Origin: an uncultured Bacteroidales bacterium
Lineage (GTDB): Bacteria > Bacteroidota > Bacteroidia > Bacteroidales > UBA932
Direction of reading: 5' to 3'
Length of the DNA: 64,000 bases
NCBI GenBank assembly: GCA_900544815.1
Contig: UQWT01000003.1
Location: forward strand, 157 to 64,156
Shown: positions 20,416 to 26,722 of the stretch, one piece after another
Position numbering within the stretch: position 1 is the first letter of the stretch
Layout: every line of letters starts with the position of its first letter
The notes under the pieces: model-generated
Database searches by the model: none
The model's input: the letters and a program-made list of their open reading frames with translations, nothing else
What the model was told of the DNA's origin: nothing
Made by a program: the position numbers and the translations under genes

Positions 20416-20446
20416 AAGGGGATGACCAAAAGCAGGCCATCCCCTT
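20416..20446. terminator. hairpin between convergent kbl and pspC genes
   Basis: aaggggatg-N13-catcccctt (9-bp stem) in the 84-nt convergent intergenic gap; weak T tail. Confidence 0.45.
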
Positions 20447-20478
20447 TCTGTAATCACTCAAAAATAATAACCTATAAT

Positions 20479-21966
20479 CTAATCATCGTATTCGTAGCGC
20501 GGAATAAATTCAACCGTTTTAGGTTCACGCATTATAACCACCGTATTACGTGGTATGGCAAGTTCTATCCACGCAAGTTTTCCGTCAAAAGGTTTATCTT
20601 TTGAAAGGACCTTAGGATATACTGTTAAAAGTGAGTCCTTTATTGTACAAAGGTCATTTTCCCCCTTATCCCAAGCCATCTCTGCCAACGTGGCACCATA
20701 GAAGAATGTCTTCTCTGTCTCAACGTACGGCACACACGGTTCACCATTGTCAAGCCTGTAATTCCTGTCCCTTTTAATCCTAAAATGCGGATAATAGGCA
20801 ATCACACTACCATTTTCACCCTTATCAACATAGTAGAGATCTACCTCTCCATATTTGCTGTCATTCATATACATTTTGGCGCTTCCCGACAATTGAGGTT
20901 TCACAAAGTCAACGTATAAAGTGTCATAATGTTTATCAAAACTTGTACATATTTTATTTTGGTAATGATTTATAAAAGGGGTAGCCTTAGATATGCCCCA
21001 AGAAATGGATGACACAATACATACAATCCACAAAATGAACAATATAAGCCCCGGACGCCACTTAGGAGACTTAAAATTAAAACACAACATACTTCCAACA
21101 TACAGTAAGGCAATACAAGGAATAAACCATACACCCATTGCCATAATCTTAAAAAACAACATACCCGGCCCGGGCATTATATAATCCGCTAATGAATAAG
21201 CAGATATTCCTGTAAATATGTCTATTCCAAAGAGAAATACTATTCCACATATAAAACCGCCTATACCTGAAAGCAACATGACAATACCAACTATAAAGCA
21301 GATAGTCCTGCCTAACGCATTTAAAACTCTATTCCCGGAATGCTCCATATTATTTCCTTTTTTCCATTTGTAATCTCTTATTCCGTCCAATCCTGGATCT
21401 ATCCCATCCATTGAACATCTCTGTGCCACTGTCTTGGCAGGCGGTACAGCTATCCACAAGACTATATATCCTATTATCAGTATAGAGGCTAACGTATGCC
21501 CAAAGAATACGCTACTTCCAAAAAGGACAGCTACAACCAATACTATTCTTATCCATATAGGCGACGTATTTGCATATTTTGCCAATCCGGCACATACCCC
21601 ACCCAAAACATTGTTTCCAAGATCTCTGTAAAGCCTCTTCTTTATGTTTCCGTCCAAATCTACCCTATCCTGCACACTATTTGCCTGCGTAGATTTGCCA
21701 CCATCGGCATCCCTCAACTCCTCCGGTGTTCCAAGAATGGCAACTATATGCTGTATATCGCCGCTATCTACCACTCGGTCTCTTGCTCCTCTCTCTATAA
21801 GCAACTCTGCTATACGTTCCTCAACATCGGCAACAATCTCTTCATTTCCCGCAACATTCTTGTAATAGTTGTTCAATGACTCCAAATAGCTGTTCAACTG
21901 CTCCAAAGCATCTGTTTCAAGAGTAAATGCAATGCCGGATATGCTTATTTTTTCTATCTCTTTCAT
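20479..21966 (-). CDS. PspC domain-containing membrane protein (long form)
   Basis: KRLYRDLGNNVLGGVCAGLAKYANTSPIWIRIVLVV PspC motif, several TM helices, and a C-terminal beta-rich domain. Its start lies 2 nt after the padR stop. Confidence 0.8.
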   Translation of the reverse strand: MKEIEKISISGIAFTLETDALEQLNSYLESLNNYYKNVAGNEEIVADVEERIAELLIERGARDRVVDSGDIQHIVAILGTPEELRDADGGKSTQANSVQDRVDLDGNIKKRLYRDLGNNVLGGVCAGLAKYANTSPIWIRIVLVVAVLFGSSVFFGHTLASILIIGYIVLWIAVPPAKTVAQRCSMDGIDPGLDGIRDYKWKKGNNMEHSGNRVLNALGRTICFIVGIVMLLSGIGGFICGIVFLFGIDIFTGISAYSLADYIMPGPGMLFFKIMAMGVWFIPCIALLYVGSMLCFNFKSPKWRPGLILFILWIVCIVSSISWGISKATPFINHYQNKICTSFDKHYDTLYVDFVKPQLSGSAKMYMNDSKYGEVDLYYVDKGENGSVIAYYPHFRIKRDRNYRLDNGEPCVPYVETEKTFFYGATLAEMAWDKGENDLCTIKDSLLTVYPKVLSKDKPFDGKLAWIELAIPRNTVVIMREPKTVEFIPRYEYDD

Positions 21967-21968
21967 GA

Positions 21969-22310
21969 TTACAAAAGTTTTTTTGTCTTAATAAGGTTTA
22001 TAGAATCCTCAACATCTTTCCAGGCGCTATCCATAGCTTCTAACGCAAGATCACCCTGCTCAGTTAGGCTGTAATATTTTCTTGGAGGTCCCTGTTTGCT
22101 CTCCTCCCACCTGTAGGTAAGATAACCCTGATTCTTTAATCTTGTAAGCAGTGGATACAACGTTCCCTCCACAACTATCATCTTTGCCTCTTTAAGTTCG
22201 GTTATGAGAGAGGAGGCATAAGTCTCCCCGTTTTTGAGAATAGAAAGAATACAATATTCAAGCATTCCCTTTCTCATCTGTGACTTTATGTTTTCTAAAT
22301 TTATATCCAT
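21969..22310 (-). CDS. PadR family transcriptional regulator
   Basis: MLEYCILSILKNGETYASSLI...GTLYPLLTRLKNQGYLTYRWEES..GPPRKYYSLTEQG winged-helix PadR signature. ATG at 22310 is preferred over the TTG at 22343. Confidence 0.85.
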   Translation of the reverse strand: MDINLENIKSQMRKGMLEYCILSILKNGETYASSLITELKEAKMIVVEGTLYPLLTRLKNQGYLTYRWEESKQGPPRKYYSLTEQGDLALEAMDSAWKDVEDSINLIKTKKLL

Positions 22311-22326
22311 AGCAACTCTCCTTGTA

Positions 22327-22941
22327 TTATTTTTTAACGGCAAATTTGCTCAGATTCTCGGCATTAACAGGCAAACCGTACATTTGACACTTTTCAAGGG
22401 GTGTAACAGCCTTAGGTACCACTATCCAAAAGATAATATATATCCAAAATCCGGAAGAGCCCAATATAAGTAGCACCAAAAATATAACCCTAAGTAAAGT
22501 AGTATCAACTCCAATATAAAGAGCCAATCCGCTACACACTCCACCTATTTTGGCATCATCCGGATTTCTGTAAAGGACCTTTTTTGCAGCTCTTTCTCTA
22601 TTCTGTCTATAGCTATTGGGCTCTTGAGAATCGGTAGTGCCTGCTTCACCGTACGATTCTTCCGCAGTGTTAAAGTTATATTCAGAGCCATCGGGAAGCC
22701 CCAACTGCATTATAACTTCATTTACCATGTTAATATTCACCACATCCTTATAGCCGTTTTCCAACTTCTCTGTAAACAACTCGGATATTCGTCTTTCAAC
22801 ATCATCCATAACCTCTTTCCACTGTAGCTCCTTAGCTATTTTGCTTTTAAACACGCTCAGATAATTCTTTAATGCGACATACGCATCCTCATCCACATTA
22901 AAACCTCTGCCGGACAAACTGATATTCACTATCTTTTTCAT
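22327..22941 (-). CDS. PspC domain-containing membrane protein (short form)
   Basis: KVLYRNPDDAKIGGVCSGLALYIGVDTTLLRVIFLVLLILG. Its N-terminal ~60 aa are paralogous to the N-terminus of the long PspC protein. Confidence 0.8.
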   Translation of the reverse strand: MKKIVNISLSGRGFNVDEDAYVALKNYLSVFKSKIAKELQWKEVMDDVERRISELFTEKLENGYKDVVNINMVNEVIMQLGLPDGSEYNFNTAEESYGEAGTTDSQEPNSYRQNRERAAKKVLYRNPDDAKIGGVCSGLALYIGVDTTLLRVIFLVLLILGSSGFWIYIIFWIVVPKAVTPLEKCQMYGLPVNAENLSKFAVKK

Positions 22942-23101
22942 CTTATTGAAATATTTAATCTTAACTTAAAAAATATAGATAATTGTGTGAGTCTGATAGC
23001 CGTTCACTATCGTTCTCTCTCAACAATAATTCCGCTTACATTATTCTATTCTTACAAGGTACTGTTTCTTACCTTGTTTTTTGCATTGCAAATATATCTA
23101 T

Positions 23102-23138
23102 ATTTTACAGTACTATGCAACACATAGTACTGTAAAAT
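23102..23138. promoter_or_regulatory. perfect palindrome (16-bp arms, 5-nt spacer) upstream of the pspC-padR-pspC unit
   Basis: attttacagtactatg-caaca-catagtactgtaaaat. It lies ~160 nt upstream of the short pspC start and just downstream of secG. It could be an operator or an RNA hairpin. Confidence 0.35.
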
Positions 23139-23140
23139 GG

Positions 23141-23180
23141 CAAAAAAATTACAGACCTCAACTTAATGAAGCCTGTAATT
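23141..23180 (-). terminator. candidate intrinsic terminator of secG
   Basis: On the minus strand, aattacag-N17-ctgtaatt is followed by tttttttg, ~60 nt after the secG stop. The stem is short and AT-rich. Confidence 0.35.
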
Positions 23181-23237
23181 CCTTATTTGTCAAACTAATG
23201 CTTAATTATTAAAGATATTAAGAAAATGTTAAGCCAT

Positions 23238-23621
23238 TTACTTTTGAGTTGCTGCAGATGCCTCTTCTGCAGGATTAGCACTCTGCTGTGCCTCTCCCTG
23301 TACCTGCTGCATAGCCTCCTCCTGATTAAACTGAGGCTGCCCTTGCACAGCTGTATTCAATACCCTATCTGTAATATCTGTTCTGTTCTCAACAGCTCTG
23401 TTTGCAATAAATGCTGTAGCCAAAATGCAAAGAACAATAATTGTAATAGCTAAGGTCCAAGTTGATTTTTCAAGAAAATCTGCAGTCTGTCTCACTCCGA
23501 AAGTCTGATTTCCGGCAGCAAAGTTAGCTGCAAGTCCACCACCCTTTGAGTTCTGAAGCAACACTATTATGGTAAGCAAGACACTTGCAATAACAATAAG
23601 AATAGAAATTGCGGTATACAT
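23238..23621 (-). CDS. secG: preprotein translocase subunit SecG
   Basis: MYTAISILIVIASVLLTIIVLLQNSKGGGLAANF...FGVRQTADFLEKSTW; two TM helices; Gln/Ala-rich tail. Confidence 0.85.
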   Translation of the reverse strand: MYTAISILIVIASVLLTIIVLLQNSKGGGLAANFAAGNQTFGVRQTADFLEKSTWTLAITIIVLCILATAFIANRAVENRTDITDRVLNTAVQGQPQFNQEEAMQQVQGEAQQSANPAEEASAATQK

Positions 23622-23623
23622 AT

Positions 23624-24223
23624 TTATAAATTTTTAATATTATTTTCTTTACTTGATGATATCTTTAATTTTATGTCATTCACAAGACTTGCAAAGTAAA
23701 CACTTTTTTCCGGATATAACAAAATAAGTTTTGAATAAACATCCAAAGCCTCACGCCAACACTCCTGTTGCGTGTAAATCTGCGCAAGTGTCTCAGTGTA
23801 AAAAATTAACGGATCCACCCCGCTATTTGCGCCATCCCTTTTTACTGCTCTCTCCCTCTCTAATGACCTTGCTGCTTCAACCGGAATAGCAGGAGAATCG
23901 GCTTTTGCTTCGTTTTCATTGTTTACGCTCTCCAACTCCTCCCTGCTGAAATAGTCGCCACCAACTACAAATATCTTCTTGGCCTGCTGGATCTGAGATT
24001 GTATGACCTTATCATTTTCGGTACGTTTTTTTGTATTCTCAACACCCTCTATTTTAGTTGCAATCCATTCCGGAAACGGCACAAACGAAAACGACTCCCT
24101 CAACTTTTCCCGAGCCGTCTCCTTGCTTATCTCCGCCAATTTAAGAATAAGCTCCACCCTGGCTCCCTGATACCACGGATAGATGGAGATCAACTGCTCT
24201 ATAGAACTCAAATCCTTTGTCAT
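23624..24223 (-). CDS. hypothetical protein with a TPR-like C-terminus
   Basis: 199-aa ORF packed tightly between lptE and secG. C-terminal WREALDVYSKLILLYPEKSVYFASLVNDI resembles a TPR unit. Confidence 0.45.
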   Translation of the reverse strand: MTKDLSSIEQLISIYPWYQGARVELILKLAEISKETAREKLRESFSFVPFPEWIATKIEGVENTKKRTENDKVIQSQIQQAKKIFVVGGDYFSREELESVNNENEAKADSPAIPVEAARSLERERAVKRDGANSGVDPLIFYTETLAQIYTQQECWREALDVYSKLILLYPEKSVYFASLVNDIKLKISSSKENNIKNL

Positions 24224-24235
24224 ACTCTTGTAAAA

Positions 24236-24745
24236 TTACCAGTTAGCAACCGTTGCATTAAAGATGTCCTCTACCAAAGTCTCAACAATCTGGTCTACCA
24301 ATTGCGCCTCTGCAGACTCAAATGTCATGTTCGAATCATAATCCTGAAAAGCCGCAAATGACTTTGATTCAAAGCTCTGGCTCTCATCTTTATTATTAGT
24401 GAAAGATATGTTTACAGTTACTGTAAGCCTGTTTTTAGAAGCCACCTCATCAGATGTAACCGCAGTTGGGGTTATATCGTAGCTCATTATAAACCCCGAT
24501 ATCTCCAAATCTCCTCCATCCGTTACGGCATCCAATTTTGTAAGCTTTCTAAACTTATCCTGCAACGCCTCTGTAATCTGGTTGCTCAGAGACGGATTCA
24601 CCTTCATCGCCCTGTTCTCTATTGTGTATATGGAGATTGTCTTAACATCGGGCGATATGGAAGTTGCATTAAACTTGTATATTCCGCACCCCGCCAAAAG
24701 AGAGAACAGCAGAGCCATTATAAGATATATTTTTCCTTTATACAT
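24236..24745 (-). CDS. lptE: LPS assembly lipoprotein LptE-like
   Basis: Lipoprotein signal LLAGCGIYKFNATSISPDVKTISI; 169 aa. The sigma-54 regulator-lptE-secG context is typical of Bacteroidota. Confidence 0.6.
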   Translation of the reverse strand: MYKGKIYLIMALLFSLLAGCGIYKFNATSISPDVKTISIYTIENRAMKVNPSLSNQITEALQDKFRKLTKLDAVTDGGDLEISGFIMSYDITPTAVTSDEVASKNRLTVTVNISFTNNKDESQSFESKSFAAFQDYDSNMTFESAEAQLVDQIVETLVEDIFNATVANW

Positions 24746-24764
24746 AGCTTCCCTACAAATTATT

Positions 24765-26018
24765 TTATGCCAAATTAAGTTCTTTTATCTTTCTGTAAAG
24801 TGTCCTTTCAGATATACCAAGTTCCTGCGCAGCCGCCTTCCGTTTACCATTGTGTTTTTCGAGGCACTTTTTTATTAGGTCTGCATTTACGGAAGGGATA
24901 GACATTACCGGTTCCTGCTCTCCCCCCTGTTCCTCCGTAAACTGTTCGTACGCAGGCTCATCCTCAGTTCTTTCGCCGGAATGAATAAGCATAACCTCGT
25001 GAGGCAACGTATGGTGAGCCGGTATAACATCTGTCCCAGGGTGTTGACAAGCTGCAGCCGTCCTCCTAAGCAGCCCTCCGCCACCTTGTTGAGAGCCTGC
25101 TTTAAGACTGTTCACCTCTAACTTGAGGTCATCTATCTCATTCCTTAACTGAGACAATATCTTGTAGATGATCTCTCTGTCGGGAAGAATATCCTCATTT
25201 CCTCTGCCCCCCCCAACGACAGGCAGCTGATCTGGAGTATCCTGCGGAAGATATCTCATTAAAATCTCCGGGGTTATGGTCCTCTCCTTCTCCAAAACAG
25301 ACATCTGCTCTGCCACATTCTTGAGCTGCCTTATATTTCCCGGCCAGCGATAATTTTCCAGAAGATGCACAGCATCAGGGGTAAGCCTCACAGATGGCAT
25401 CTGATACTTATCTGCAAAATCCAACGCAAACTTTCTGAACAGGTTATGTATATCAGCCTTTCTCTCCCTTAAAGCGGGCAGCGTTATTGGAACGGTATTC
25501 AACCTGTAGTAGAGATCCTCCCTAAATTTCCCTTGGCGTATTGCGTGCGGCACATTAACATTTGTAGCCCCCACAACGCGCACATTTGTCTTTTGCACCT
25601 TTGATGAGCCAACCTTATAAAATTCACCGCTTTGAAGCACTCTAAGCAACCTTACCTGCGTTGAAAGCGGCAGCTCTGCAACCTCATCCAAAAAGATTGT
25701 TCCGCCGTCTGCCACCTCAAAATATCCCTTTCTCGTCTCTTGGGCGCCGGTGAACGAGCCCTTTTCATGCCCGAAAAGTTCTGAATCTATTGTTCCCTCA
25801 GGGATTGCGCCGCAGTTTACGGCTATGTATGCATTATGTTTTCTTGAACTGTTCTGGTGGATGATCTGAGGTATTACCTCCTTACCTACTCCGCTCTCTC
25901 CGGTTACCAATACAGACAGATCCGTTGGCGCCACCTGAACGGCAATCTCAATGGCTCTGTTAAGAACAGGGTCATCTCCAACTATCTCGTATCTCTGTTT
26001 AATATATTGTAAATCCAT
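24765..26018 (-). CDS. sigma-54-dependent transcriptional activator (AAA+ plus Fis-type HTH, no N-terminal sensor/receiver domain)
   Basis: GESGVGKEVIPQIIH Walker A starts ~40 aa from the N-terminus. Also ELFGHEKGSFTGA (GAFTGA-like loop), FLDEV, RVVGATN, FREDLYYRL and a C-terminal HTH (AAAQELGISERTLYRKIKE). Confidence 0.85.
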   Translation of the reverse strand: MDLQYIKQRYEIVGDDPVLNRAIEIAVQVAPTDLSVLVTGESGVGKEVIPQIIHQNSSRKHNAYIAVNCGAIPEGTIDSELFGHEKGSFTGAQETRKGYFEVADGGTIFLDEVAELPLSTQVRLLRVLQSGEFYKVGSSKVQKTNVRVVGATNVNVPHAIRQGKFREDLYYRLNTVPITLPALRERKADIHNLFRKFALDFADKYQMPSVRLTPDAVHLLENYRWPGNIRQLKNVAEQMSVLEKERTITPEILMRYLPQDTPDQLPVVGGGRGNEDILPDREIIYKILSQLRNEIDDLKLEVNSLKAGSQQGGGGLLRRTAAACQHPGTDVIPAHHTLPHEVMLIHSGERTEDEPAYEQFTEEQGGEQEPVMSIPSVNADLIKKCLEKHNGKRKAAAQELGISERTLYRKIKELNLA

Positions 26019-26044
26019 ATCTGCAAAGTTAAATTATTTTTAGT

Positions 26045-26078
26045 AAAAGATTACCAAGTTATTTTTTTAGATTACTTA
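26045..26078 (+). repeat. 34-nt direct repeat, copy 1 (left edge of RHS island)
   Basis: aaaagattaccaagttatttttttagattactta matches 34594..34628 (aaaagattatcaagttatttttttaagattactta) with one substitution and one 1-nt indel. Confidence 0.7.
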
Positions 26079-26125
26079 GAAGCCTTTTTATTTTTTTGTG
26101 CAAATATTTCGCTTCCCGACAAAAT

Positions 26126-26328
26126 TGGCTTTGGTTTTGGCTTTAGCTTTGGCTTTAGCTTTGGCTTTAGCTAATTAAGTTTATAGTTTATTGTTTAAAG
26201 TTTAAAGTCTGTTAATTAGTTTATAGATTTAAAGATATTAGTTTTTTACTTTAAACCTTACTGCTATTAACTTTAAAACTGTCTATACACTCTAAACTCT
26301 CAACTATAAACTTTATTAAGGCCAACGC
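26126..26328. repeat. mosaic low-complexity intergenic repeat, copy B (hexamer tract plus TIR-bounded unit)
   Basis: (GCTTTG/GCTTTA)n tract at 26126-26170. A unit follows, bounded by gctttagctaattaagtttatagttt (26164-) and caactataaactttattaaggccaacgc (-26328), which are imperfect inverted repeats. The interior is made of TTTAAAG/TATAAAC-type heptamers. Confidence 0.7.
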
Positions 26329-26722
26329 TTTTATCTATATTTTTCTTACCTTTGTTGCGAGGGTTTTGGAGAGGCGTCTGCACCGTTCCGCCGGAAACCG
26401 TTTTCCACCTAACAGCAAGAAAAAGGCTTGCGCACACAGCGGAACAGCAGTAATCTCAACATTCACCACCTGCTCCATATGGGATATACTAAAAGTATAT
26501 AGTTTTAAAGGACAAACTGCAGCAGTGCCGGGGAATGCACTGTGAGCCGGAGCAGAACAATGACGCTATTGATATCTATCTGATAGCAGCAATTAGTGCA
26601 CTGTATACAGCGTGTTAATCTGTGGCCTTTTATTATTAGCACGCATGGGAATTATTTAGAGCTAAAATACATTTTGGTAAACGTATGATTAAAATTTAAA
26701 CCTTAAACGCGGTTAGTCCGAC

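Noticed and set aside
23054-23082. 8-bp stem (acaaggta/taccttgt) followed by six T on the plus strand, shaped like an intrinsic terminator
   Set aside because: No plus-strand gene lies upstream of it; both neighbours are on the minus strand. It could end an antisense or small transcript, but I cannot support a terminator call for any annotated gene.
22942-23237. Sigma-54 promoter (TGGCAC-N5-TTGC) upstream of the pspC unit
   Set aside because: The only partial resemblance is tggcaaaaaaattac, which lacks the GC element and is on the wrong strand.
26126-26180. Tandem short repeats that might suggest a CRISPR array
   Set aside because: The repeat unit is only 6 nt (GCTTTG/GCTTTA) and there are no spacers. 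No cas genes are in the window.
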